A stretch of DNA of 62,229 bases, the filler included, from Aduncisulcus paluster (lineage: Eukaryota): the NCBI GenBank assembly GCA_024181965.1. It is 6 parts of 6 records of this genome, joined end to end, with 100 filler letters (N's around TTAATTAATTAA, not from the genome) between each part and the next. Parts side by side here need not be neighbours in the genome. Positions count along the whole stretch, not along the records: positions 1 to 15,910 come from BQXS01011288.1; 5 more parts are not named here. The stretch is one strand, 5' to 3'. Position numbers and translations under genes: made by a program. The notes under the pieces are model-generated. The model did no database searches and was not told the DNA's origin. It saw only the letters and a list, made by a program, of their open reading frames with translations. Below are positions 1 to 12,528 of this stretch, in pieces (position 1 is the stretch's first letter; every line of letters starts with the position of its first letter).

Positions 1-1626
1 CAGCCCAAAACTACACATTTGACCACTCTCCCGGCTCTTTCTTTACCTTTTTCCTTCGGTTTCCCCACACACATTCTTTCTATTGCTCCGTCTCTGACCA
101 TTTGTACAACTCTCTCCTCACTCTGTCTGTGTATTCCCTCGTCAGATTATATTCGGAGTAGACTCATTCAGTGGAAATTGAAGTGTGATGTGCAATGGAA
201 GAAATACATTGCTGAAGGGAAAGAAGAGCGCAAGAAGCCGAAGAAGGAGATTCAAGCAATTCGAGATGATGATGCTCTTGAGTCTGAGGCTTGTCTTCAT
301 CTTCCTCAGGATGTTTCAGAACCTGATTTCACTGAATCTTCTCTCTCTGATTCAAATAACCAAGAAGGTAGTTCCAGCGACAATCAGCAAATTATACAAA
401 CTTTATATACTCCTTCTCAGATTCATGGGAAATATATATTCTCACAAATACCTTTCTGTTCTATAAATGGAACGGATGAGAAAGTTACTAAATCTTACTT
501 TATCCCTGATGTATGTGCTTTAAAACGAGTTAATCCAACAGGAATTGCATATCATAAACCCTCAAATAATGTGTTAATATCTTCCACACGGGGTCGAACC
601 TATGTCCATCCTCTATCAAATCTCTTGAATTCTCCAACATCTCGATATGGAAATAGTGTGACTCAACTTAGAAGTTCCTCATTCCCCACTGAGGAGCTCT
701 CACCACCTCCTTACAGACCTTTCCTTTTGGCATCTCCATCTTTCTCTTCTGCTTCATATGACTCACTTGAATATTCCTCGACATTCTCTTCTTTTTTCCG
801 TGCCTCCCATAATTTATGGGAGATCCGTACAACTGACATTTCAATGCAAAAGGACCTGCATTGGCATTCTGGTGTGCTTTATGATTCTGATGATCATCTT
901 CCTTCCTCACATTCTTCCTTGGCAAAAAAACCAGGGCCCAAGCAATACCATTCATATGGGACATGTTGTGATCGGGATGTTGTTTGTGTGTACGGCAATG
1001 GAGGGTTTTACACTGTCGACATTGATGTCAATAAGGTGACAAATTGGCACTTATACGATGAACAGGATATTGTTGATGTGTGTGTGATCAATAATAATAC
1101 AATATTTTGTGCCTGTAGCGATGGCCATGTGATTGTTCATGATCTTAGAGCTCCAAGGCCTTCTCATTATTCTAAACTTGCTCCCATCTTGACATCTTGT
1201 GACTGTAGCACACGAGTGACGTCTTTTTCCTCAAAGCCTACAATTGCCTGTGGAACATGTGATGGATGTGGGATTTTGTATGACATTGTTGGCTGTGTAT
1301 CCCGTCCGTTGGCTCCACTGGCCCGTATTGGATCACATTCAAACATCCCGAAAGTATCTTTTGTTGATTCCAGGACAGTTGTCACGGCAGGGAAAGAATG
1401 TGGCTCGCTTTTCTTGCATTCCCCGATCAATGGGGCTGCATATGACTCTATCTGTCTGAGGAATTATATTCAAACATCGGCAGAAGTTGGCTGTGTAACA
1501 TCGGATATTGGGCGGGAATGGTGTATTGGTGGAATTGGTGTATGTTCACTCTCTGCAGAAGATGGAATGATTGGTGTTGTTGTGACTGATGGCTTTGTCT
1601 CAGAGGCACTTACACTAACATTATAA
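1..1626 (+). CDS. WD40/beta-propeller-like protein, 5'-partial
   Basis: Frame is open from the window edge. C-terminal half has WD-like blades (CACSDGHVIVHDLR, ACGTCDGCGILYDI). Confidence 0.6.
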   Translation, partial: QPKTTHLTTLPALSLPFSFGFPTHILSIAPSLTICTTLSSLCLCIPSSDYIRSRLIQWKLKCDVQWKKYIAEGKEERKKPKKEIQAIRDDDALESEACLHLPQDVSEPDFTESSLSDSNNQEGSSSDNQQIIQTLYTPSQIHGKYIFSQIPFCSINGTDEKVTKSYFIPDVCALKRVNPTGIAYHKPSNNVLISSTRGRTYVHPLSNLLNSPTSRYGNSVTQLRSSSFPTEELSPPPYRPFLLASPSFSSASYDSLEYSSTFSSFFRASHNLWEIRTTDISMQKDLHWHSGVLYDSDDHLPSSHSSLAKKPGPKQYHSYGTCCDRDVVCVYGNGGFYTVDIDVNKVTNWHLYDEQDIVDVCVINNNTIFCACSDGHVIVHDLRAPRPSHYSKLAPILTSCDCSTRVTSFSSKPTIACGTCDGCGILYDIVGCVSRPLAPLARIGSHSNIPKVSFVDSRTVVTAGKECGSLFLHSPINGAAYDSICLRNYIQTSAEVGCVTSDIGREWCIGGIGVCSLSAEDGMIGVVVTDGFVSEALTLTL

Positions 1627-2123
1627 ATAGTTTAAATGGCTCTTAGATAGCTATACATATTCTTTTGATTTTTTTTTTTTTTTTGTTTTGTTTTTTTTTG
1701 TTTCAATTTTTTCATCCTCAATTCTCAACATGTTTGTGTTGATTTTATATTATTATTCACATTTTCTCTATTTTGTTTTATTTTTGAAATTGTTTATTGT
1801 TCGATTATTTTTCAATTGAAATTTCTATTTTAGTTGAATTTTTATTTGATCTTTATTTCAACTTTTTGGTACGAAGTGGATTTGAAGTTTACTTTGTTGG
1901 GATTTCCTTGAACTATTATGACCATAATATTGCGAAACAATCGAAAGATAGAGTTTGTTTATCTCTTTTTTATATTATGGTTTGGAGCTTAGATGTGATA
2001 GAAAAGATATAACATGAGAATAGACAATTCTCACTCAAGTTATCCAAAGCCGAGTAATGACGGTTTTCTGTCTAAAGTTTTGACTAAAGAGAACCTGCTT
2101 AGTAAATTAAATTTAGAATTTTG

Positions 2124-2894
2124 AGAAATCTAAAGTATCCAAGAAAACAAAATTCAAGGAACGAACTCGTTCAAAAGGCTCTCCAGATGGTCCACTCTCA
2201 TCTCAATCCCAGTTATTTTTGATGAAGTACTCGGACAGTAGAACGATGCTCCAAGCTGCATATGACTTTATCGAGAATACATCTGCTTGTGTGGAGATCC
2301 TTTTCAATGACAAATTGCCTCTTTGGATGAGGAAAAGGATCAGAACAGTAGATCAACTATGGAAATAATCCATTTCTGATGATCTTGACTGGATATTTTG
2401 GCCATTTGTGAAGTTATTTGGTGTTTTGGTATCAATTGCAATTTCATGATTCTAAAAATAGATTTTCTAAAAATAGAAATCACAAAATTTGATGGTACTA
2501 ATTTTGATGAAATCCCCTGGAATTAAGTGATTTGATCATTTTCAATTGCTATTTTTCTTGGAATCTCCAAGTTTTGACTACAACAAATGATTTACTTTGT
2601 TGATCTTCATTTGTTCCTAAAGGTTAAATAAAAATGGTGAGATACATGTTCGAATGAACCTAAAAATATGATTAAAAAAGAATATAAATATATGATTCTA
2701 CCCATTAATTTGAGTATTCCAGATGATTTCCAATCTGAAGAAAGGATGACATATGACAATCCAAAAACAAGAAAACTATGATATCGAAAGTCATAGAGAT
2801 AAAGAAACTTGAAGAAAGCGAAGTGATTTGAGAATATTAATCGAAAATATGAAAACCGAAAAACTGCTGTAAATATACAAAATGATTTACAAAT
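2124..2894 (+). repeat. Left arm of ~770-bp inverted duplication (3' end and downstream flank of the 8255-11684 gene)
   Basis: Reverse complement of 7729-8499 with only a handful of substitutions. Confidence 0.9.
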
Positions 2895-3018
2895 AAGATG
2901 AAAGAAAAAGTTGAATAAATAAAAAGTTTGAAAGTAGAAATAATCAGAATAAAACCGAAAATAGTGATAAAATAAATATAAAGAAAAACATTTTAGGTAG
3001 AAAATAATGTATATATAT

Positions 3019-6000
3019 TCATGGCAAGCATTTACAATTCCTACAATATCTGTCATAATCTTCATCAAATACTGTCCCTTTTCTCTCATAAGATGTCCAC
3101 AAATATTTTGAATGTTCTTCATCAAGTGACAAACTGGCTAAATCGACATGAGTTTTGCACCATTCCATCTGATTATCGAATCTTGGTGACAATTTTTCAA
3201 TAAGAGCCGGATTAGACGATAACATAGAAATTAGCTTGCACCAAATTGGTAGTCCGATCCCTTTTTCTTTCCTTTTCAATGAATCGAACCATCCTTCAAG
3301 ATAATCCTTAATATTATCATATATTCTCAGTGCATTTGATGGAATACAACATAAATTTGCCGCGAAAAATAAAAAATATTCGTTATCATTCTCAGAGAAT
3401 TGATCTCTTTTCAATTCTCTCACAAAGGAGAGAACCTGAGGGAAAAATTGAAAAGCTATTTTACAATGTGTTTGATTTGGAGCATTTGTTGGAGATGACC
3501 ATGTAATATTCTTCAAGATAACCATCCATTTCCCTGAAATCTTACTATCTGGAAATGCTTTCAGCCAATAACCAACATAGGGTTTTATCAAATCAAGAAG
3601 CGTTTTCATTGTGGGATCCTTGCGGCAATTAGAAAAATTGTAGAGAATAGTTGAAACTAGAAAGGGAATATCACCCTTTAGTTTGGTTTCTAGTCTAGAT
3701 TTCGATCTTTTGAGCAAACGGCTGAGAGTGCCTTTAATTTCCGACAATAACAAATATCTTTGTTCTTCTACTAGAAGGGTATAGTTAACACAAATGGTAC
3801 AAAAAATCTTATGAATGACATCTTCTAATACACTTTCCGCATGAGAAATATGGGGGAAAAAAGTTTTGACGAGATCACGAAAACTCTCAATGGGAAGAAA
3901 AACTTCTTTATCTGCATAAATAGTTTTGACAAATAATTGCAAGCAAATGCAACAAATAATAATTAGGTGTCTGTGTTTTTTAATCTTTGAGCCGTACGTC
4001 ACAAATTCAGCATGAATATCTCCCCTCTTCTTCTCATAGAGTTTCTGTTTTTCCGTTGCATTGGGACATTTAATAAGCAATTCGATGAGCATATACCATT
4101 GCTTTAAATTAGGCATCGTATGACCAAAATATCGTGAATAACTTGTGAAAGAACCTCCATTTCTCAAGCAACGCTCCATATGTTTATCATATTTTGAAGG
4201 GGGGAAGAGGGGGGGGTCACGAACAATTGATAGCCAAGATATAAGCTCCATCCAAAAATTAATTCCCTCAAAGAACTGCTTGTCTGTTCCAAGTTTATAC
4301 CAATCATAAATACGACCTTCAATTTCTGAATATATGGTAATTGCATGAGATCGTTCACAACATAAGTTGGCGAAGAATCGCAAAACCCAATAATGATTAT
4401 CCTTTTTGATATTTTCACCAACGAATGAACCCTCTACGAGCTCAAAAACAGGAGAAAAGAGATCCCATGCTCTCGAACACACTTCGATATCAGGAATTTG
4501 GTCAATTCGTGTAATATTTGCTAATATTATCATTATTTCCCCGTAAAATTTGCTTTGATCATATTTCATGTCCGATTCAAGTCGAAATAAGGAACTTTCA
4601 ATTTTAAACCAATCAGTAATATATGATTTTATCAGAGTAAATATGGACATATTGGTGGAAGAGAAAGGCGAAAAAGAAATAGTTTTCAAGGTCACCAAAC
4701 AATCAAATATGATTTTGACATTTTTAGGTGTCAGTTCCCCTGTTTTTAAACACAAAATGTGCTCAAAAGTGGAAGAAATTTTTCCAAAAAAATCATCAAG
4801 GTCATCATGAACTTTGAAAGTATAATCGACACAAATCCGACAATATATTTCTGAAATTTTTGTTCGCTCAGTTTGTTCAATCCGAGAAAGATATCCAATA
4901 AAAGTCGTAATGAGATCTTTAAGATCTGGAATAGGGAGATATAAATCATTCTTAGAATGCACAAACAGAGATAAACACGTGCAACATGATAACACGTTCG
5001 GGAAAAGTAAATCCCAATTACTAGATAACCATGCATCGATTATTATAACTAAATCATCACGGTGCTCATGATAAAGAGAGCTTTTGGCTTCTTCAGATTG
5101 GCAAGCCTCAATCTTATCTTGAAGCCCATAACATTGACGAGAAGCCAAATTAACCTTATCACGATCAAGTTCCTCCTTTGTACTGCTCGAAGAATCGGTA
5201 ATTGATCGTTCACTAGATAATGAATGTTGACGATCCATTGTTTGTCTTTTCTTTTTCCTTTTCTCCTGTTTTAACCTCATGATCTCTTGATCTTCTTTTA
5301 TATCCTCCTCCTCAATTGTTTTTTCACTTTCATCTGATTCACTTTCTCCTCTTGAGTGAGATGATATCAACTTAGGTATCTGACTCACCCCTTCAGCCCA
5401 TGGTTGATCGTGAATGGACTTCACTTTGTCAATATCATCTGTTGAGGATGCACAACATTTGATTTGAAGAGATCGAGGCTCTCCATGTTCTTCCAACTTA
5501 TTTGCAATAAAGTCGTCTATACTGGGACATTCCCACTCCTTCCCGATCTTTGGAAGGAGACCTTTAATGTCTTGTACTTTCGTACGAGCATCGCTCACAC
5601 TCATACGTTCATCAATTTTTAACTTTGTCAATCCTTCGAACACTTCATTCAAACAGGAATAAACAGCTTTGTACTTTCCACCATCAATGGTCATAAGAGA
5701 CTGAAAAAGGCAAGACCCAGAGAGTTTTGGAGCAGTTCCATTTGATATCACTTCCTTTAATTCCTTAACATATTCACATGGTTCGAGGAATTGAAGACAC
5801 GGCATATTCAACAAGGGATTAATGCCTTCAAACAAAGCTTGAATAGACATTCCAAGAGAGTAAGCATCACTTTTTTGACTCTGACGACCCTCAAGAGCTT
5901 CGTAAGAGTTGTACACAAGTGTTCCAATAATCGACTTTTTACAAGCAGCTTTTCTTTTTTGATGGGGTTTAGAGTCGGGTGAACTCCCAGCCAAAAATGA

Positions 6001-6597
6001 AGAGGAGATAGAATTTCGAATTTCAGATAAACCAAGATCAGCAAGAAGAATAGAACATTTCTCACTTTTCGAATCGGGCTTGAATTGAACAAGAAAGTTA
6101 TCAGGCTTGATATCTCGGTGAATTAATTTGGAGTTTGCTTTGAATACATCATCAAGACATTCAATCATTCCAATACATAAAGAACTAACTCTGACAGGGT
6201 TTAAATCCATGGAATGACTGGGAACTCCGTATTTTCCTCCAATACACCAACTTCTAGCAAAGTCTTTTACACTCCCTCCTCGACAATAGTCCATCAAAAA
6301 TCCCTTGATATTTGCATCGAGAATATATAATGGACGTGGGATTCGACTGGTACAAATGGGATTCAAGAATAATTCAAACTGAAATACAAATTCCTTTGTA
6401 CAATTTTGAAGAATTGATTTAACACCATCAATATGCATACTTTTCAGCACGCAATAACGAGGTTTGATTTCAGAAAGTTTCAATTTAATGAGAAATACCT
6501 CGCCAAATCCACCAGAACCGATGGAACAAAGTGGTATGATTTTTGAAGCTGAATTAAGAATCAACGATTCATACATTGGTGCTAAAAATTTTTTCAT
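3019..6597 (-). CDS. Ser/Thr protein kinase with two C-terminal ARM/HEAT-like helical repeats (expanded family)
   Basis: GSGGFG, VLK, HRDIKPDN, ADLG, GTLVY and SDAYSLG motifs. Repeated LxFxANLCC...W..LIS.LS...P(K/R)(Y/F)D..ME.C module. Confidence 0.9.
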   Translation of the reverse strand: MKKFLAPMYESLILNSASKIIPLCSIGSGGFGEVFLIKLKLSEIKPRYCVLKSMHIDGVKSILQNCTKEFVFQFELFLNPICTSRIPRPLYILDANIKGFLMDYCRGGSVKDFARSWCIGGKYGVPSHSMDLNPVRVSSLCIGMIECLDDVFKANSKLIHRDIKPDNFLVQFKPDSKSEKCSILLADLGLSEIRNSISSSFLAGSSPDSKPHQKRKAACKKSIIGTLVYNSYEALEGRQSQKSDAYSLGMSIQALFEGINPLLNMPCLQFLEPCEYVKELKEVISNGTAPKLSGSCLFQSLMTIDGGKYKAVYSCLNEVFEGLTKLKIDERMSVSDARTKVQDIKGLLPKIGKEWECPSIDDFIANKLEEHGEPRSLQIKCCASSTDDIDKVKSIHDQPWAEGVSQIPKLISSHSRGESESDESEKTIEEEDIKEDQEIMRLKQEKRKKKRQTMDRQHSLSSERSITDSSSSTKEELDRDKVNLASRQCYGLQDKIEACQSEEAKSSLYHEHRDDLVIIIDAWLSSNWDLLFPNVLSCCTCLSLFVHSKNDLYLPIPDLKDLITTFIGYLSRIEQTERTKISEIYCRICVDYTFKVHDDLDDFFGKISSTFEHILCLKTGELTPKNVKIIFDCLVTLKTISFSPFSSTNMSIFTLIKSYITDWFKIESSLFRLESDMKYDQSKFYGEIMIILANITRIDQIPDIEVCSRAWDLFSPVFELVEGSFVGENIKKDNHYWVLRFFANLCCERSHAITIYSEIEGRIYDWYKLGTDKQFFEGINFWMELISWLSIVRDPPLFPPSKYDKHMERCLRNGGSFTSYSRYFGHTMPNLKQWYMLIELLIKCPNATEKQKLYEKKRGDIHAEFVTYGSKIKKHRHLIIICCICLQLFVKTIYADKEVFLPIESFRDLVKTFFPHISHAESVLEDVIHKIFCTICVNYTLLVEEQRYLLLSEIKGTLSRLLKRSKSRLETKLKGDIPFLVSTILYNFSNCRKDPTMKTLLDLIKPYVGYWLKAFPDSKISGKWMVILKNITWSSPTNAPNQTHCKIAFQFFPQVLSFVRELKRDQFSENDNEYFLFFAANLCCIPSNALRIYDNIKDYLEGWFDSLKRKEKGIGLPIWCKLISMLSSNPALIEKLSPRFDNQMEWCKTHVDLASLSLDEEHSKYLWTSYERKGTVFDEDYDRYCRNCKCLP

Positions 6598-7259
6598 GTT
6601 ATAATTATGATATATTTGTCAATAATTTTGCAAACAAGGATATTCTAATAAAAAATAATGAAAAATCCAAAAATAGCAGGAATTAGGGAAGAAATATTCA
6701 CAATTATGAATGAAACAAGAAAATATTTGAATAAACTTCGTGATTACAACTAATATCTTTTAATGTGTTGCAAAAATCTCTCTCGAGAAATCTCGGAGAT
6801 GAATAGAGTCTTTCGTAATCACTTTTGATATTCCTCAAGCTGAAATAAAACATTAAATCATATTTCTAGAAAGAATATTATTCGAAAAATATTCGATAAT
6901 AATTTTTTTATCAGTATATTTCCTATTTATGAGGTTGATTCCTTCAATTTGTTCAATACCAGCAATCAGCGAAACGAATAATCATGAAATTTTACTAGTC
7001 ACTAGCGGAGCTTGTAAGATAGTGGAAAATAAGACTGATAATCAAATGGATCTGCTTGCCGTATTTATTTTGATAAATAGGCCAATTCAAAGCTATATCA
7101 CAAAACAAAAAAAGGAATTTTCTTTGTAGATTAATGAAGAAACCTTTTTTAGCACCAACAAAGTATTTTTAAAAATCTCCACCATCATGAATAATCGAAA
7201 ACGATTTTGTGGATGGACAACATATTATTGTTCCAGAAATATAATATAATTTCAATTTA

Positions 7260-7728
7260 AACCACATGATTTCTTCATCTATATGCTTGAGGTTGCCCTT
7301 CCATGTCATTATCTCTCCTGGATGAAATCTGACCTTTCAAGAATGAGGGTAAATCGATCAGAGTCTAACCATGATTCCCAAATGAGTATATCGCCAATTG
7401 AGAGCCATTTACCATCGGAATTAGCTAAATACAGGCCACTCCTCTCATCGATGTAATCGTACTCTACCCCAGAGCATCAAAAGATCGCTAATACTTCATT
7501 TCTCGATATAGCTCTCCATATCCCTCTGTCAAGAGAGCAGAAATCGGAAAGCAAGTTCTCGGTCATATTCTTGAGCATTCTTCCCTTGTCACAATACATG
7601 ATGCTTGCGAGAAGGATCAGCGGGAAGCAGAGGAGATCAGACGATTGAAAGAGGAAAAAGAGAGGGCGATCTGGTTGATTTTGGCCGGTATGGTTGAGTA
7701 AACACCATCAGATCCCGATAACCACCCC
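7260..7728 (-). pseudogene. Degenerate coding remnant
   Basis: Higher-GC tract reading GWLSGSDGVYSTIPAK...AIF*CSGVEYDYIDERSG... with an in-frame stop and an apparent frameshift. It abuts the inverted-repeat arm. Confidence 0.35.
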
Positions 7729-8499
7729 ATTTGTAAATCATTTTGTATATTTACAGCAGTTTTTCGGTTTTCATATTTTCGATTAATATTCTCAAATCAC
7801 TTCGCTTTCTTCAAGTTTCTTTATCTCTATGACCTTCGATATCATAGTTTTCTTGTTTTTGGATTGTCATATGTCATCCTTTCTTCAGATTGGAAATCAT
7901 CTGGAATACTCAAATTAATGGGTAGAATCATATATTTATATTCTTTTTTAATCATATTTTTAGGTTCATTCGAACATGTATCTCACCATTTTTATTTAAC
8001 CTTTAGGAACAAATGAAGATCAACAAAGTAAATCATTTGTTGTAGTCAAAACTTGGAGATTCCAAGAAAAATAGCAATTGAAAATGATCAAATCACTTAA
8101 TTCCAGGGGATTTCATCAAAATTAGTACCATCAAATTTTGTGAATTCTATTTTTAGAAAATCTATTTTTAGAATCATGAAATTGCAATTGATACCAAAAC
8201 ACCAAATAACTTCACAAATGGCCAAAATATCCAGTCAAGATCATCAGAAATGGATTATTTCCATAGTTGATCTACTGTTCTGATCCTTTTCCTCATCCAA
8301 AGAGGCAATTTGTCATTGAAAAGGATCTCCACACAAGCAGATGTATTCTCGATAAAGTCATATGCAGCTTGGAGCATCGTTCTACTGTCCGAGTACTTCA
8401 TCAAGAATAACTGGGATTGAGATGAGAGTGGACCATCTGGAGAGCCTTTTGAACGAGTTCGTTCCTTGAATTTTGTTTTCTTGGACACTTTAGGTTTCT
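7729..8499 (-). repeat. Right arm of ~770-bp inverted duplication
   Basis: Reverse complement of 2124-2894. Confidence 0.9.
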
Positions 8500-11400
8500 T
8501 AGAAACTAAAGACAAACCAGTTACATCGAGCTTATCTGCAGATTCTTGGCACACGTCAAAGAATCCATTTTCGAAATGGTAGATATTTAAACNNNNNNNN
8601 NNNNNNNNNNNNAGATGAGAGTGGACCATCTGGAGAGCCTTTTGAACGAGTTCGTTCCTTGAATTTTGTTTTCTTGGACACTTTAGGTTTCTTAGAAACT
8701 AAAGACAAACCAGTTACATCGAGCTTATCTGCAGATTCTTGGCACACGTCAAAGAATCCATTTTCGAAATGGTAGATATTTAAACATTGGAGAGCAACAA
8801 TGTTCTCAATCATTGATTCTTCATCAGCAATCAAAACATCTGCTTCGTCGTTATTATTGTCCTCACAGGACTCATAGAACATTCTTGGAGTCTTCTGTTG
8901 AACCATTGGGAAAGGTGATACAAACCCCACAGAAAACTCAAAGGAAGCAGAACGTTTCAGAGATAGGACTTTAAAATGAGGAATTAAAGAGATGGCAGGA
9001 ATATCCTTGACAACTGAAAGACGAACCAAATGTAATGTATTATGAAATCTGCGTGAACGATAAAGACGAATGAAGGATTTCAGATGCTTGCGACGAGCTG
9101 GAGAGAAAATTTCTGAAGGGGAAAGCTGATGGTTGTACATAGTCAGAAGTTTCTCACCTTTCTGCAGAACAAAGGAAAGGGAAAAATCAGCGAATGAATC
9201 TGGGATAAGCACAATGAACGATATTATTTTAAAGATGCGGGTGATTACATGAAAGTTGGATAATGGATAATTAGAACTTAAACGTTCCTTAATGATTTTT
9301 GAGACAATCGTTGACAAGATTGAGCACAGTTCCCCAAACTCCTCCAATACCTTCTCGTTGCCACACTGTTTGAGATCAATTCGAGAGAAATGGGAGAAAA
9401 CAGTAATAGTAAAAAATGAACAAAAACTCGCACTCAAACATGGAAAAGCCTTATAATTATATGTTTGGAAGGTTTGAGAATGTTCCTGAAATAGTTTAGT
9501 TGAAGATTTACAGATATCAAACAACTGTAATTTCATTTTCGATACACAAGAAGAAAACTTCGACTCTCCATCATCACAAATATATTCAACACTATTTCCC
9601 TCCTTTCCTTGACTCGAATGAGATGAAGAAGAAGAAGAAGAAGAATATGTATTTGTTCTCTGATAATCACGACAAAGACCAGGGATCAGTTCGAGACATT
9701 CAGCAAGATCAGAAAATATATCAAATATCAAGCGAATTATAAAACATGCTTTCCGTTTCAAGATCCATGAATTAGGTCCATATTCCGCCAATATGATCAT
9801 ATGAAGAATCTCAAGGAAGATAGGACAGAAATTATCAATGACAAACTCAATCATTCCAAAGCACTTGAACAAAGGTATAGATTTGAGGGCTCGAATATAA
9901 TTTCTGAAGGATCTAAATAAACATTTGCTCGAAAAGAGGAGCTTTGAGAGTGAACTTGTATCTTTCGAGCGTGGAACAATCGGTGGAGAGTATTTCTCTG
10001 CCAGATCATCCCTTAAAAATTCCCAGAATGTTAAATACTTTCTAATAAACACCAATAATGGACTAATAGAAGTTGGCATACACTGTAGATAGGTAGTCAC
10101 CATCTGTATGGGCATTTTCATTATTTCATATGGCATTGTACTATAATAACCCATAAATAGCACCTCTAGTTGTCCTGCACAAGGCAGTAACTCTCCACGC
10201 GAGTACGATTCAAATATTTTGGTCAGAATAGAACACATTAATGGTGTGAAGGTGTCAATGAGTTGGATAATATCCTTGGTGGGAAGCAACCCGATATCTT
10301 TGGAACTGAAAGATCCGCGATATATCTTTCCATATTCATCTGATACACAACAAAAAGCCCAAACAATCTTGAAGGCCTGCGTGATCGATGGTAACTGCGA
10401 CGGAGGGATCTTTGATAAGGATCTAATGGATTCAAGATGTTGCCGCAGGGGCTCAATCCAGAGTTTCAATATCTCTATCTGTTGAGAATAAACGGAATCA
10501 CGGATAATGAAATGATACAATTCCTCAAGAGAACTTAATGAAAAATCAGAGAGATAGCTGTTGAGGGCTGCTTTAAACACTTGAATATATCCCTTAGCAT
10601 GATAAACCATGTCAAAATCTGCAAAAGATTCACCGAAAATGAATTTTCTATCACACAAATCCTCCATCTCACCTCTACATATCTCTACATCCTTTCCTAT
10701 GACTGTGTCTGTATCTTTCACAGCACAAATTGAGGAGGTTGGAACAGGAGGAATGAGTTTAGTCTCCAAATCCTTCACAATCTTTGCAAACTTAATAAAC
10801 AATTGTGCCCTAATATCATTCCTCCCTGTTAAAGACACAATATACTTCAGCAAATACACACATTCGAACGATCCCTTACTCACAATCGTAGGGATAATAG
10901 TAAACTTATTAAACTGAGAAATAATATCACGTTTCGACTTGCTAAGACTTGTCAAAGACAGAATATCAAAGATTAGAGAGACTTCAAGGGGATTGTAAGG
11001 GTAGAAAGTGTAATTTAAAAACTCATAGCCAACGAATGGAGCAATGAAAGAAACCCCATCGGGACTAGCAGAGTTATCAACATCAGAAAGACATATATTG
11101 CGGAATAAAGCAAACCAATTTATCTTGTTGGGAGAATGAAAGAGAAACCAACGGAACGGCAATCTCGGCAAAACAGCTCGCACAGAGGGACGAAGGCTGG
11201 GAATACAACTCGCATAAGAGCACAAAACAATAACTGAATTTGCAATATCAGAATTTAAAGAAAATACCTGACGATCGAAAACATTGTTAACCATGGGTTC
11301 TACACATTCCCATAATTTGATAGCGCCAAGATCTAAATTATGATATACGCATCCCTTCAAAATGGAATACAATGGACTGGGTGCTGGACTTTCAAGAATT

Positions 11401-11684
11401 AGGTAAAATTGAAGAAGAGGGTCTAAAAATGATGCACATAAATCAATGAGAAGTTCTTTAGGGAGGATATCATCAAATAACTTATCAAAATCACAAACAA
11501 ATAAACCCAAACACTTTGAAAACATTTTCATAGCTCTACTACGATCATGACCATGAGGGTCTTGAAGAATTTGAGAATACAGCCGCTTCAATGAGTCACA
11601 TGAATCATAATAGAGCTGAATTCTTTCTGTTAGCGAACATGATTGCAATTTTGCACAAATTGTGGAAAGATTATGATCACACAT
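8255..11684 (-). CDS. Large helical hypothetical protein of the expanded family (split by an artefactual gap duplication)
   Basis: The 1042-aa ORF and the 8255-8629 ORF join once the duplicate 8420-8592/8613-8785 is collapsed. C-terminus contains RTMLQAAYDFIENTSACVEILF. Confidence 0.8.
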
Positions 11685-12528
11685 TCCTTGTAATAATCAA
11701 GATTGCAATTGGCCGTCCTATAAATAAATGAGATTGGCAAAATATTCTAGATCTGATTGATAATAAGTTTTAAGAAAGAGAAAACCTTTTTTTAGCAACG
11801 AACAACAATCTAGAAGGGAGTTGAAAATGCTCTTATTTACAAACAAAAAAAATTTCCATAGTTATTCAGGTAGAATAGCTATTTAAAGNNNNNNNNNNNN
11901 NNNNNNNNATGACCATGAGGGTCTTGAAGAATTTGAGAATACAGCCGCTTCAATGAGTCACATGAATCATAATAGAGCTGAATTCTTTCTGTTAGCGAAC
12001 ATGATTGCAATTTTGCACAAATTGTGGAAAGATTATGATCACACATTCCTTGTAATAATCAAGATTGCAATTGGCCGTCCTATAAATAAATGAGATTGGC
12101 AAAATATTCTAGATCTGATTGATAATAAGTTTTAAGAAAGAGAAAACCTTTTTTTAGCAACGAACAACAATCTAGAAGGGAGTTGAAAATGCTCTTATTT
12201 ACAAACAAAAAAAATTTCCATAGTTATTCAGGTAGAATAGCTATTTAAAGTGACAGTGACTTCTGAAAATCGATTCAAAAATTCATGATTAATTTAATTA
12301 ATAATAACACTTAATTTCAAAAGAAGCGGATATTGTGATAATGATCATTTTCTTTCACCTCCTGTAACTTGATGATGAACTTGCGAAATTTAGACTATAG
12401 TCAAGCTTAAATAAGAAAATAACCATTTAAAATCAAACTTACGAAATAATCCACAAAGTATATTTCAAAATGATCGCTTCTTAAATTCTAATATATCGTC
12501 ATGGTTATTTTGGCTTGATTTGGAGTTT

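Noticed and set aside
2607-3125. 172-aa F/Y/L-rich ORF (also 1797-2012 and 34495-35025)
   Set aside because: Composition reflects AT-rich non-coding DNA.
11547-12250. Tandem direct duplications around 20-N gaps (also 8420-8785, 37344-37975, 43417-43950 and 54349-55681)
   Set aside because: Near-identical overlaps flanking fixed-size gaps are unmerged contig ends or haplotypes, not LTRs or real tandem copies.
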